In this document: piece by piece, positions 12,641 through 25,918 of the stretch
Layout: each line of letters begins with the position of its first letter
Numbering within the stretch: position 1 is the stretch's first letter
DNA from: Octopus sinensis
Taxonomy: Eukaryota
Assembly (NCBI RefSeq): GCF_006345805.1
Contig: NC_043000.1
Location: forward strand, 155,000,001-155,064,000
DNA: 64,000 nt
Reading direction: 5' to 3'
The notes under the pieces: generated by a model
Told to the model about the DNA's origin: nothing
Seen by the model: only the letters and a program-made list of their open reading frames with translations
The model's database searches: none
Program-made: the position numbers and the translations under genes

Positions 12641-13199
12641 AACTGCCCTGATGCTGTACCAGGCAGTGGCTCTCATGGCTTCTGATCTTAACTGATTGGA
12701 AGTGTTATCATGTACATTGTTTTGTCTTGGTATAAAAGATGGGCTACAGCAAATATTCTGCTCAATAACACAGATTTGCTCGTCAGTTGTTTGACCTTAA
12801 CCATTTGAGCATGTCCCTTAGTGGCTGATGATATGTGCATCTCTGATCACGAGCAGAAGTAGTGGGGAAACATCATAGTCATGTGTTGAAAGGAATTCTT
12901 TGGGGTTTGGATAATTCTCCTCAGGAAACATAGGTGTTTCATTCAACATCCTTAAACAACCCTTATTCAAGGACCTTTTGAGCGGGATGGGCTACTCGAC
13001 CTGACGAAAATTCTAACTGGGCCCCACTTGCAAGGTCATGCGCTGTTTATCTTGATATGAGATCACCATGTCGCACACATATGGATGTAATGCATGTGCC
13101 TAGTGTACCCTCATCAGACAGGTAGTCATGATGGGTATACTGAACTTTGTATATTTTATCCCAGTGTCACTTTGATGGCATGCACTGCTCTCTCATTCA
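12641..13199 (+). repeat. ~550-bp non-coding interspersed repeat ending in (AAT)n
   Basis: Collinear second copy at 34820-35335. No ORF. Terminates in a TAA/CAA microsatellite. Confidence 0.8.
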
Positions 13200-15190
13200 A
13201 TAATAATAATAATAATAATAATAATGATCTTTTCTACTAAAGGGCCTGAAATTTGTTGGGTGGGGTACTTTCTATAGTTTCCTTGGTACTTAATTTATCG
13301 ACACTGAAAGGATAAAAAGTAAAGTCGACCTCAGCCGAATTTAACAATGATACTAATAGACACTCACACATAAAACGGGTAAGATTGACAGAAAAAGATA
13401 TAGATATAGAGATATGAGGGGTGGGTGGGTAGAAGTCAAACACATAGAAAAACACACACGCACACACACACACACAAAATGTACTATTATGTGAAACAAA
13501 GAAAAGGTCTGTTAATCATTTACATGAGAAATATTCTCTCCTGAGCAAATGTTAATTCTATATAATATTTGAGAATGTCTTCATAGACAAAAGAAACATC
13601 TGCAACAGTAAGTAATGAATTTATAATGAAAAAATAGGTTTTAGCGTTTGTGACTTAGAAGTAACAAGTATGAAATTAGGAAATTAAATTAAACATTAAT
13701 AATTAACAGACAACAAACCAGCAAAACGCTAATTATTACTTTTCTAGTTGAAATTCCATTTTTTTTCTGTAGTCTTTAATTTTTGAAATGCTTTCACATT
13801 GTGTTATTCAAACAAAAAGTCCATGGTTTCACCACATTACAGTAAGCATTCCTTTATCAAATATCCCAAATATAATTCATTAAAAAAATAATTGAAATTT
13901 TGAAAAAGTTGATACATAATTATATACAAACAGCACACACACACACGCACACACACACTCACACGTGCAAACTTTGAAAAGGGTACTATAGAAAGGCGCA
14001 CAAGTCGTGTTGTATGTCAATCTTACTTCGCATATAGTTTGGTACGAGCGCCAAATGTACCTAAGCTTTATCTTTAAAATCTCAGAGTACAAAATACATG
14101 TAGAAACTATGAAAATGCATATTAAAACTGATACAATATACATTATAATCTTTGTCTGTCTATCTATCTATCTGTCTGTCTGTCTGTCTATCTTTCTGTC
14201 TATCTGTATGTTTGTCAGTCTGTCTGTCTATCTGCGTACAGACATACATATAATCCACACCGCACACACATTGTTACACAGACACACATATATATAATAA
14301 AAAGCTATATACATGACTAACTATATATATATATATATATACACACACACATAGATACATACATACCCCCCCACACACACACATATATTTAGCCATATAT
14401 ATTCAGGACTAGCGTCCTTTAATTAAATTGAGTTTAGTAGTATACAGATAAAGACAATACGGAGAATTTGGAACACAAATCTGGAGTAGTCTCGTTTGTA
14501 TGGAATTCTTTATAGTTAAAAGTTGAGATGCTAAACAATCAAATGAAGTGTAAGATGGGAATATAATTGTCTCCAACGGCGAGACAATGTATCACATAAT
14601 CTAAATGCATGATCAGAAGGTGGACTTATAAGCTGATGTTTCCTCGTTAACTTCCTTGTCCAAAGCAGATGTTATCGAAGGAATTGCTCTTTTCAAAGAA
14701 AACGATTTCAATTTTACCGAGGTTTTCGAAAGGAAGAGATCAATAGCATGTCCCTTATCACACCACTTCTTTTTTCTTTATTCTATTTTTGACATAAGGC
14801 ATATATACATTATAATATATATATGCATATACAAGTATCGGTCCCTTGTGCAATTGTCTATGACTGTATAGCCGTGTTGACAAACGCTTCGTGAGCGGAA
14901 TCTTGTAGACGTACCGTTATGTATGTGTATATATATATGTGTGTGTGTGTGACCTCGAACACACAAGTGCAAACAAGAGAGACAGAGAAAGGCAGAATGC
15001 CACTTATATTTGAACACTATACAAATATTCCTTTAAAAAAACATTTCTTTTAATTTTTCTAACTTTAATTATTTAATCGTTACAGTTGAAAAGGTCTCAA
15101 AATGACTGAAATGTTCTTTATAAAATTATTTTAGCATTTTCTATTTTGACTTATTTTTTCATATATATCGACTCGTGTGTTCCTTTTCAT

Positions 15191-15240
<50 letters not shown>

Positions 15241-15805
15241 GTGTGTGTGCGTGTATGTGGCTATTGGGTTGTTCCTAGCAATACTGGTGCTGATTAGTAC
15301 CCTTGTTCACTTTAGTGACGTATATATTTCTGTTTCAAGGTTGTAAAATTGCGAATTAGCCACCCTTATTAATTACACGCACACACACATAAACACACAC
15401 AAATACACAGACATATGTCTATATATATGAGTTTGCGTGTATGTGATTTTGTGTGAGTGTGTGGGTGCGCCTGTATGCATACGAGTGTGTATATTTAATT
15501 ATGTTGCATTTACCTGTGGCCTTTCAGATCAAAACTAAAGTTTTCCAATCGATCAATAGAGAACAATTGAATAAGTATAAGTCTGTAATAAGTTCTGGGA
15601 TCTGTATGATGGACTTCTGAAGGCAGTGCACTAAACATTACAATGAGGGAAACTAGTAGAACATAAAAAGCTAAAAGTATACCACTGCATACAAGCACAC
15701 TCACTCGTATGCTTGTATGTGAGCTTGTATAAGTGTGTGTTGCATTACATTCGTGTGTATTGTGCGCTCTTGTATAGGTATATGTGAATATGTTTGTAAA
15801 TAATA

Positions 15806-15946
15806 TTAGGTTGTCCCAAAAGTTCGTAAACACTTGCGAAAATTAAATTTTTACTCGCCAGGTACTAACAAAAACAACAAAAATTATTCCTCAAAATAAA
15901 GACCATTATTTTCCAAGACTTTCTACGAACTTTTGGGACAACCTTA
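15806..15946. mobile_element. 141-bp mariner-type MITE
   Basis: TIRs TTAGGTTGTCCCAAAAGTTCGTA / TACGAACTTTTGGGACAACCTTA, with TA on both sides (15804-05, 15947-48). Confidence 0.85.
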
Positions 15947-17799
15947 TATATGTAGGCTTTGACTTAAAAATGGACAACTCACCAAAAACATACCCTCTTT
16001 TTTCTATCTGCTCAGCAGGATATCTATTCACGTAAAAAAAGATGTTGATCATAATTTCTAATTTCCACTGGATTACAACCATTCTATTTAATCGCTGTTA
16101 CTTAGCGATTGATCACATTAAAATTTGGATTGAAAAAACAAACAAAAACAAAACGTCAAAACTTGTTTTTAAACATAGATTGGACTCACGTCATGTTGCT
16201 TTTAGACCATATCTGTATTGCTTCTAAACTCAACTTAATCCTCGGCGTGATTATTTGTGATTTCCTTCAACAAGAATATGGAAGTTAGACATTTGACTAT
16301 CATCAAAGATCCAGAAAGCTCGTGGGATCAATTCCATCGTCGCCCGCTGTTTTCATAACATCAATAGGATCCTAATCTGTTAAGTAAATACACATTCACC
16401 AGCAGCTGACATATTTCACTCTGCTACTGTATAACTTCCTTTGTTTACAATTGGTTTGCTTTATAGGTTTTTTTCTTTATTTTTACTTTTACTTTTATTT
16501 CTATATCTCTAGTCCAATGTTTTAGAATCTAACTTGACCTAGATGCTTGAGGAATTAAAATTAAAAAAAATATTTAAAAAAACTATTTCTATCCATTCAT
16601 TTCAATCGACATTAAATTTTCAGTCAGCATAATATAATACGAAACAATTTAATGATCGAGAACAGCCGGGCAGGTGAACGTTAAGCTAAATGCATCATAG
16701 TTTTCAGTCATTTTGGTTCCGAGCTCTAATCTAGCCAAGTTCAACTTCGTTTTCACATTCTTCACTGATCGATAGACAGCAGCCAATACGATACAGGAAT
16801 CGATTCAATAATACAATACAATTTTACAAAGAAAAACTGGATTTATGCTCAGTTGTAAAAAAAAATCAATGACAAAAATTAACGAAGAGAAATATATATT
16901 TTTAATCCTTAAATTTCGTAAGTCAAGAGTAGGTAACGGAGAGTTTCCGAAGAAACTAAATACATTAGAAATTTCATGTCAGGAAGTCATTAATGAATAG
17001 ATAACTGTTTCTTTAATTCTCTCCATTGTTTTTCATAGTTTCATGAGATTTCTTCCCATTATATCAGCATGCTGTCTTTTATTCGTTGTTCTTTCAATAC
17101 TTATTAAATCTGCTCTTCTTGTGTTAGGTTTCTGTCATCTTGACAACTGTTAGTTATCGTTTTCGAAGTCGGTTTGAAAGAATCTTTAATGATAAGAATC
17201 TTTAATGATAAGTAGAATCCGAAGAAAATAATAACAGTCTGCATCAACAAATAGGAAGTATCAAAAGTTCACAAAGTGGAATGAATTATTTTGATGTGAG
17301 GGTGACGAAGATCAGAAATCTAACATTATGGACAAGACCTCTTGTCGAAAGGAGAAGAAATATTTACTTGTAATACTGAATAAACTGGGACTAGTGAGAA
17401 TGAGGGAAAATATTAACTGGAAATGAGAGAAGTAGGGAAAAGAGGAAAGGATTTTTGTAAGAGGACATCAGTAAAGTCAGCTGGAATACGGGTAGATTTG
17501 AAAAATAGAGAATGGTGTTAAGGTTAAAGTTAGAAAAAATACATAAAATCCATTTATATGTATACCTAAATACACACACAAGCACAAATAAATAAACATA
17601 AGAGTTGGTAGCCAGATCGAACGCCTGGTAATATGCATAAAAAATATTGCAGTATCACCAAGCATCTCAAGACTGACTGAATACGATCGGCTGTTTTCGT
17701 TGATATGCATATTCAACAATTTGCTGTTACATGCACATACACAATTATATTTATTACCTGTATTATTTTATAAAATTCTCTATTGGTGAATTCATTATT

Positions 17800-18776
17800 G
17801 TTTTCTAAATAGTGACTGATCTTCTCCATGGTGAACACCTTCTCTAATTGATCCTATGTGACATATCCTTGGAAGTCTCTTCAGGTTTAAGAGCCGTCTG
17901 TTCTACAGTATTTAAAATGTTTAAAAAAGCAGAAGAGCTACCACACGACCCTGAGTAAAACTGGCTATGACTTGAATGCCATTGTCGGTTATCCTTTATT
18001 AATGAAACTGACAAACATGCCATCATAGAATCACGGTACCAAAGCACTAATCTTGGCAATGATTCTGCAGAGGCCTTTACGATTGAGAGTTAAATTCTTT
18101 TCTAAGATTGATAAAAGTGATGTAGAGATCATGTTATTGTTCAGAATATTTTTATCCTAAAGCTGGCATACTCCAAATACCATGTCGACTGTCTTGGGTT
18201 CTCTAATGTCGTATTACCGCTCAGGCAAAGTTGTGATGGTAACTAGTTGAACGTTACTCAGGTGAGGATCATTCTAACAACTGGGAGCAGAGACAAGCCT
18301 AGTAATTGTTGCATCACCGATCGCTGGGATAACCACCGTCTTTTAAAAGTGAATGGAAACCAGTGAGCTTTGAAACAAGGCTAGTATCTCCAGCCTTGTA
18401 GTCATGGTTGAAATGGTGTCAAATCAAGGGGCTTGGCACTGGATAGAGAACCTATGGTGTTCTTCACCTCGCCCTCAGCAAACGATATGTTGATCCCTAT
18501 ATGTGGCTAGCTGTTACTGCGGAGTGACAGTTGACATCACTGTGAAAATAATCGACTCATCTTTCAAATAGTAGCTGCGTGATTGTCACCAGTGTTCATC
18601 TGTCAGCAGTCATCAAGGAAGAGATGCTTACATGACAACTTGTTGATTGTACACATCCCACCAGGCTATTTACAGTCAATAAAGTGACAACAAGGTTACT
18701 TGCAAGCTACCTGGGATTGCTCTAACGATGCATAACCTTTGCAACTATAGTAATTTGCAAGGGGGGGGGGCTGTTA
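17800..18776 (+). mobile_element. Degraded Gypsy-like LTR retrotransposon integrase 3' region with PPT
   Basis: Frameshifted IVTD and P.HP.SNG.AE-like remnants. Polypurine tract AAGGGGGGGGGG directly before TGTTAC, a putative LTR start. Confidence 0.4.
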
Positions 18777-19715
18777 CTTTACAGTTTATTCGTAGCTGAC
18801 GATGAAATCACATCGTTCATTGTTCTTATGCTCACAAATACGCATAAAAATGCGCGCACCTACACACGCACATATGCATACATAAACACATACATACTCA
18901 TATACGCATTGTTTTATAGAGATTAAGATAGGCAGAAATGTGTTGCTGCTACTGTGTGGCTACGGGAGGAAAAATAGGCAGCTGAGGACAACGAAGGACT
19001 AGAGAAGTTAATACGGGCGAGGTGGAGTAAAAAAGAAAATAAGGTACTTTTCCTTGTTTTTGTGGATGTATGTCAAACTGTGGTGTAAGCTAATTCCATG
19101 CAGGGAGATGATTCACGAAGTAGCTTGAATTGAACTTTCGAGTTACTGTTTTGGAGAGTGATTACATGTTGTTTCGAATATTTGGACGATGCTCATGGAT
19201 TCAGTCACATAAAGAACGGCTGGCTTAACCAAAGTGTAGAGCTTTGCAGGACATACAGGTAATACAATATGGTTGGTACAAATACATGCAGTGAAATCTA
19301 CCAGTTGGAACCTTACTTGAGGTTGGTTACGGATGTAGGGTAACATATGACATAGAGAGCGGAGACATTTAAATGTGCCAGGATTTATATTACAGCGAAG
19401 GTAGATTCTAACCAAAATGTCACATTAAACTTTGCTTCCTCTGAAAAAGAGGGGAGAGATTGGGAAAGACAAGAACAAAGTGAGGATGGAAAGAAGGGAA
19501 TTGAAAGTAGTTCGGTGAAGTGGTAGAGTTGATGGATGAAAGGTAGTAGAACACAGGAACTACGGCTTCCGGTATTTGCGATAAGCGTTCTGAGACTGTG
19601 CCTGTTCCCTGAGCTCAGTAAAATAAGGTGATGACTATACAATCAAGGTAATCCTCTGCAAAAAAGAATTGGCGCATTTCATTAGATTTAGAAAGAAGAC
19701 TTAACATTGTACGCT

Positions 19716-20161
19716 TGTGGTTAGCCATGATAAGATGGCTTCTATACTTTACATTATCGAGCGATTACTGTTTCAATCTCATTCTGAGATTTAATTATGC
19801 TTACTGTTCGTTTTTCGACATCAGTGGCAGACGCCATTAGAAAAACTTATATCTATTTGCAAAGGAGCCTTCACTTTCATCGCTACCTGGTGGTTACCGC
19901 CCGTTGACGAGGGACAACCATCCCGAAACTAGTTCGAGCGTATCACTCAGGCTTGCGAGGAAGGGATGGCCTCCCTTTGCAAATACTCTAAGGACACAGA
20001 TATTGTGTCTAAAGCCAGCTAGAGACGAAGATCTCTTGGGGCTATAAAGCTACAGTAACAACCCCCTCCTCAATGTGGTTAGCCATGATAAGATGGCTTC
20101 TATACTTTACATTATCGAGCGATTACTGTTTCAATCTCATTCTGAGATTTAATTATGCTTA
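19716..20161 (+). mobile_element. Hammerhead-bearing 446-bp unit with exact 88-bp terminal direct repeats (retrozyme/pLTR-like)
   Basis: 19716-19803 is identical to 20074-20161. The 270-bp interior holds a hammerhead fold and several hairpins. No ORF. Confidence 0.6.
19898..19940 (+). ncRNA. Minimal type I hammerhead ribozyme, C3U variant
   Basis: Stem I CGCCCG/CGAGCG (5 of 6 bp), core TTGACGA, stem II GGGA-CAACCA-TCCC, GAAA, palindromic stem III ACTAGT, cleavage triplet GUU. Confidence 0.65.
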
Positions 20162-20690
20162 ATGTCAATGTATTGTTTCTAAATGGAATCATAATGGCCT
20201 CTCATTGATAATGATGAAGTGGATTTTTTTCCTTGAGAGACCTAATCAGCAGAGCGGCAGACGATTTGTGATAATTTGCTTACGCTCTTCCATAGTGTAA
20301 GTTCGAAATCATAGAGAGAACCGGCAAAGTACTGGGTGTCAATGTAATTAATTTGTTCCCTCACCACAAAATTTTTGGCACGATGTCAATAATAAAAATC
20401 AACTCATTTTAGACATGTTATCCCTTTAAGAGCAAGGACGCTAAATAGACATTGTATTTTTTTTCTTGCGTATACAGTAACGCCGCTACTTAAAAGAACA
20501 CTAAAAGACTATTGTTCTCTGTTTGACTAGCTTGTTTTAACATATTGGAAAGTTAACGTGGTAATCATAGTGGCAAAGGACGAGGTTGACTTAACTGATA
20601 CCTTGTAGCAATATATTCTTCAGGATTTATAGTAGAATAGTGCAGCCAGATAAGAGAGCGACGTAGTTAATGTTACAGCCATATCTATAA

Positions 20691-20978
20691 CTAGCAGTAT
20701 CGCCCGGCGTTGCTCGGGTTTGTAAGGGAAATAACTATATAAGCATTTTTAGAGAGTTACTTCCCTTATATAATAGCAAAAAAATGCATTAAAAATGGGA
20801 AAAAATGATGGTAATTTTTTTTTAATCGTAGACTCATCGTAGACGCGCGCTAATACCCAGAAGGGCTCGATATGAATGACGACTATAAGATACCCGGTTT
20901 TGGTTACACTGCACCACAAAATGTGGGAGTAGTTAGGAATCTAAATCGTAGGAGACAGACACACAACTTCACTTTTAT
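20691..20978 (+). mobile_element. Non-autonomous Helitron/Helentron-like (HINE/DINE-type) element
   Basis: Starts CTAGCAGTATCGCCCGGCGTTGCTCGGG (subterminal hairpin) and ends CTTCACTTTTAT, an architecture typical of DINE-1-like elements. Confidence 0.55.
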
Positions 20979-20999
20979 ATATCTATAATATACTTATTT

Positions 21000-22320
21000 T
21001 TGTGTTTTTCTAGATCAGATCGTAAAGACAATAAGATTAAAATGATGTTTAAAAATGGTTTCTATTGTTTTTTTAATAGGCCTATGCATTTATTTGAGAT
21101 CGCAGATGGCTTAGTAGATAGTTTAGTTGCATCCGTAGCCAAGAGACTTAGCTGCCGTACGACACAGTACATGAATTGGTAAATAGATACTTCAGAATCA
21201 ACAACAGTTAACGGATGTAAGCAACGATATTACCGTAAAATTGCTATTTCGCTAGGTAGGGATTGTGTATCTTGTGTAGTTTGCAAGGTGCGTTAAATGA
21301 TATAGTGTTGGGTGGTTATTGTGAGAGTTCGTGCTGTGTTGATTATATGTTAATATGAGTTCTGTGATTTGCTGTTGGTGCTCTTGTTGTCGTTGTTGTT
21401 GTTAAGCAACAAGACGGGCAAGGGTGATTAGGTGATGGTCTAGGGCTTAGGGGCGGGAGACCCCAGACCTTGGAAAACAAAAAAACTTTGGTCGTCTTGT
21501 TGTAGTCGAGAGCTCTTCGTTGTCGCCCGACACCACTGGAAGGCAGCCCTCGAAGTCGCTGGAAATGGAGATCTCCAGGTCCAAATTCTTGAACGGCTGC
21601 TGTTGGTGCGTCGGTTGTGGGTTGGCGCAGGAATAAGCAACATCAGGCATGGGGTTCAATTTACGTTGCATTATCGAAAAATGTCTTTTGCCCTACCCTC
21701 AATTTAACCCAAGTTTTGCGTTAAAAATCCCGTCGGAGCCGGGCGGATATATTGCAACCTGTATTTACACCCTTATCATGTATTCTACCACGCTGATTCA
21801 GCAAGAGAATTACATGTGTATGCAATAATTTACTACTTACAGATTTACGAGAATGTAGTTCAGTTCATTGAACACTCTAATGATAAAACCGACGAAGGAC
21901 TCATGTTATTGTCGGATGTTCTTTATTTAAGAGTATGTGTTGTGTTCTTATTTTATTGGGTGATGGTTGAGTAGAAAAAAGTATTGTTTGGGCTCTACTA
22001 AGGTTGAGGTTTGTCCATAATCTGTTTAGTAGTAAAAATTATGTTGTCAAATGGAAAGAGTCTTGCATAAGAAGTAGGTTGTGTTTAACAGGACTACATT
22101 TCTGACTTTGTTGTAAGCCCTAATACGGTTTTTATGATTTTGTTCGTTGCCTACCCTGATAGCTTCTCGATTTTATCCCGGCTGGTATTAACGTCAGAAG
22201 AGGTAGACATATCTTTAAGAATTCAAAGATTCTCATTTCTGTCTTTGAACTCAGAACGAAAGACGTCGGAAGAAATATTGCAAATTATTTTTCTGACGAT
22301 CTTACAATTCTCCTAGTCCA
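21000..22320 (-). mobile_element. Degraded Penelope-like element remnant
   Basis: Minus-strand frameshifted remnants resembling the PLE thumb (RRIVR), the GIY-YIG region (CNS..VV.YMI) and the terminal L.S.AP.GLN-like motif. Confidence 0.4.
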
Positions 22321-22329
22321 CGGCAACGA

Positions 22330-22366
<37 letters not shown>

Positions 22367-23334
22367 GGCAGCAGCAGCAGAAACAACATCAATAACAACA
22401 ACAACGACAATAACAACAACAATCATAATAATAATTTTACTTTTAGCATGGACACGGCTGATAAACTACATTCATTTTACTCGTGACTGTATCCGTTCGA
22501 TAAACATCACTGGCCAGCAACATTCGTATATGGAATGAATGCGTGCAACACGAGTTTCAGCGCGAGTCCTCGAAGTTGACGGTAGTATTGTATCTGTGCA
22601 GTTTACTTTGAACTGGTAATGTCCTACACGTCCTCGGAGGCAACGCCAGGGTAGAAATTTTTGGAAGTTATCTATTATCATAGTGTCGAAAATAATAAAA
22701 AACCACCAAACAAGTGGGTGTGTATAGTATGATTAGAACAAATATGGGACAAAATTCAAGTAGAAAAAAGGTCATGAGACCAAAATCGCAGGGATACCCC
22801 GAGAAAAACTTTGCTACATGAATGAGTGAATGCAATATTACGGATATTAATTAAAATGTGATTTCCTCTTTCACACACATATAATGTCATTAAATAAACT
22901 GTACTAACATTGTGTACAAGTTTCAATTAGTATTATCAATTAGTAAACTACTTTAAATAAATTACTTAATTACTTTTCTGTTTACGACATTTTTTTCACG
23001 ATTCTTTCCCAAGCCGCAATTATGAATTTATTTCTGTGAATCTTTTTTTTTTTGTTTTTGCTTTAACTATTTATATTCAACATTCGATCGACGGAATATT
23101 TGACCGATTTTATTGAAGCCCAAATAGAATGGTAATAGAATGGTTGTAGTTTAATCCAAAATGAAAAGCAATTCCATCTCTGAATATCCTCTCTTTTTCA
23201 TTTTTCCCAAATTGTGTATCTAGGTCCACATTATCATTTCTTTAATTACTGTATAAATGAGATTAGGCCCTTAATCCTAGTAAGTAAAGAGAGTAGACAA
23301 AGGTTTCCTGACTGGGTTATACTGAAAATATTTC

Positions 23335-23760
23335 GGATCTTTTCAGTTTGAACGGCAGTTTTTCCAAGTGGTGTCATAGGAAATTGTCACCCATAACTAT
23401 GACCCTAGAATCGATCTATTGCATTTCAATCTCTTTTAGGGTTTGGATTAATTAGGGTTAGAGGTGGGGGCAAAGGTGTCTTTTTTTCTTCACAAATGTA
23501 AATAAACCCAATCTGTTTCTTAAACGAGGGACATTTTCATACGGCACAGAATGATTTTTAACGCAATAGGCGTCACTGATTGGTTGAAATTGCAGAAATT
23601 AAAGAAAAAAAACCCAAATATCTTACAAACTATAAAATTTTCTCAATAAAGTCAAGAGAAAAAGATGTTTTATAAACACATTCTACCAGTATACGAAGTT
23701 AAAAATTTTTTAGTTACATAGAAATTATGTTAAAAACTGCCGTTCAAACCGAAAAGATCC
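23335..23760. mobile_element. 426-bp MITE with GG-starting TIRs and 8-bp TSD (Merlin-type)
   Basis: TIRs GGATCTTTTCAGTTTGAACGGCAGTTTTT / AAAAACTGCCGTTCAAACCGAAAAGATCC. AATATTTC duplicated at 23327-23334 and 23761-23768. Confidence 0.85.
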
Positions 23761-24499
23761 AATATTTCTTATTGTTGTTTAGCCTCAGTTCAGTTTGATA
23801 GATATAGATCCATAATCAATGGCGTACCATTTTACTTTCGATGAATACTATAACTGAGACTACATTTATATATCTGTTATGTCGTACTCGTTCAGATGAC
23901 CTCTACTCAACATAACTCTATTCTTCTCTGCTCGTGACGTCAGGGCTTTTCCCTCTATATCTATCTACGTATTGGGTTAGCCTACTTCATTGTCTGGGGG
24001 CGTCCACACAACAATGTCTTTATTTATTCAAAACAGTAGGGCTGATTTGACAGTTCAATTATCAGGTAGAAGTTCTTTATGGCCGCAAATTCATTTAACC
24101 CAGAAATATAAAATAGCTGCTAGGCCATAGGGGATCATTCGATTACAAAGATAAATTCCCTTTAGTGTATCTGTTTTCTTGGAAAAGCTTTAAAAACTAA
24201 CAGCTTCATAGTGGTTAGTAACTATTTACGACTTGGCGAAATGTGTCCATAAGTTGTGAGTTGTAATTTGTATTATGCTGTAAAGAATCTTACATCATTA
24301 TCAACAATGAAAATCCTAAAACAACTGATATGCATTACGTCAACAAAAGCAGCTGAGTGTATTGAAAGAAAGACTAAAATGGTGGAAGGCGATTTTATGG
24401 CGGAACCTTTATATGAGCAACCGCCTTTGAAATGTAGTCTATTGGAAACAATACAAAGACTAATGCATTCAGAAGCATGTCAATAAGTACAATACGTAC

Positions 24500-24896
24500 A
24501 TGTACACACACACACATACAGGCACGCATGCACATACACACGAATGTATGAATATGTATACGTATATGAACACATATATGCATATAATATCTATGTATAT
24601 GTGTATTTATGAATGCATGAGTTTGTATATGTATACACACATATATACATATATACATACATACATTCACACACACATACACGCACGCACATACGAATGT
24701 ATGAATATGTATATGTATATGAACACATATATGCATATAATATATGCTTATGTGTATTTATGAATGCATGAGTTTGTATATGTATACACACACACACACA
24801 CACATACATACATACATACATTCACACACACACATACATGCATGCACGTACGAATGTATGAATACGTATACGTATATGAACACATATATGCATATA

Positions 24897-24900
<4 letters not shown>
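24500..24900. repeat. About three tandem units (~130-150 bp) of a compound CA/TA minisatellite
   Basis: Recurrent ACGAATGTATGAATA..GAACACATATATGCATATAATAT motif. Confidence 0.8.
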
Positions 24901-24959
<59 letters not shown>

Positions 24960-25157
24960 TAAGTGTATTTTTACCTTGTTAACAATTAACACGGAAAAAA
25001 AAATAAATAGTTACCAGGGCAGCAAAAATCTCACAAGTAAAGATGTGGTAACTCCTTGTTTATAAAGGTAGAAACTTCGTGTTTACGTTGAATATTTTGA
25101 ATAATATGTGTCGAAAATAAAAATATTTGATTACACCTGCGTTAACTCTATTTTTTA

Positions 25158-25210
<53 letters not shown>

Positions 25211-25619
25211 ATTTATTAAGTATGAGTTTGTATTTGTACACACACATACACACATATATATATATACATACATACAATCCTATATATACATACATTCACA
25301 CACACACACACCACACACACACACACACATATATATTTATAGTTTTCGGCTAATAGTTTTATTACAAGGTATTATTGGTCCCGAGATTAGATTAAAAGAC
25401 ACTTGCCCATTAACTCATGCAGATGAATCGAACCAGAGGCAGCATGTTTGTGAATTGGATCTTATTACCGCCTATCCTTGGCTGCACCTATGTTGTAAGA
25501 GTAAATATAATAATCCATTCCTGGGTCTGTCTTTGAGAGTTTAAGTTCTGCTAGACGCTACATACAATGAGAATGCCTTCCGCGACATTCCTGTCCAATA
25601 TTTTCATGGAACATAAAGC

Positions 25620-25876
25620 ACAGGAATGGCTGTGTGGTAAGTAGCTTGCTTACCAACCACATGGTTTTGGGTTCATTCCCATTGCGTGGGACCTTGGGCA
25701 AGTGTTTTCTACTATAGCCTCGGGCCGACAAATACATATGTGTTCATATACATATACATATTCATACATTCGTATGTGCGTGCGTGTATGTGTGTGTGAA
25801 TGTATGTATGTATATATGTATATATGTGTGTGCCTTGTGAGTGGATTTGGTAGATGGAAACTGAAAGAAGCCCGTC

Positions 25877-25918
<42 letters not shown>

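Noticed and set aside
16300-16370. Possible minus-strand terminal exon DPIDVMKTAGDDGIDPTSFLDL*
   Set aside because: Short, with a mediocre acceptor and no recognised homology.
18990-19650. Possible RTE/L2 reverse-transcriptase remnant (FLVFVD-like); similar traces at 17240-17560
   Set aside because: Too degraded to define boundaries or clade by eye.
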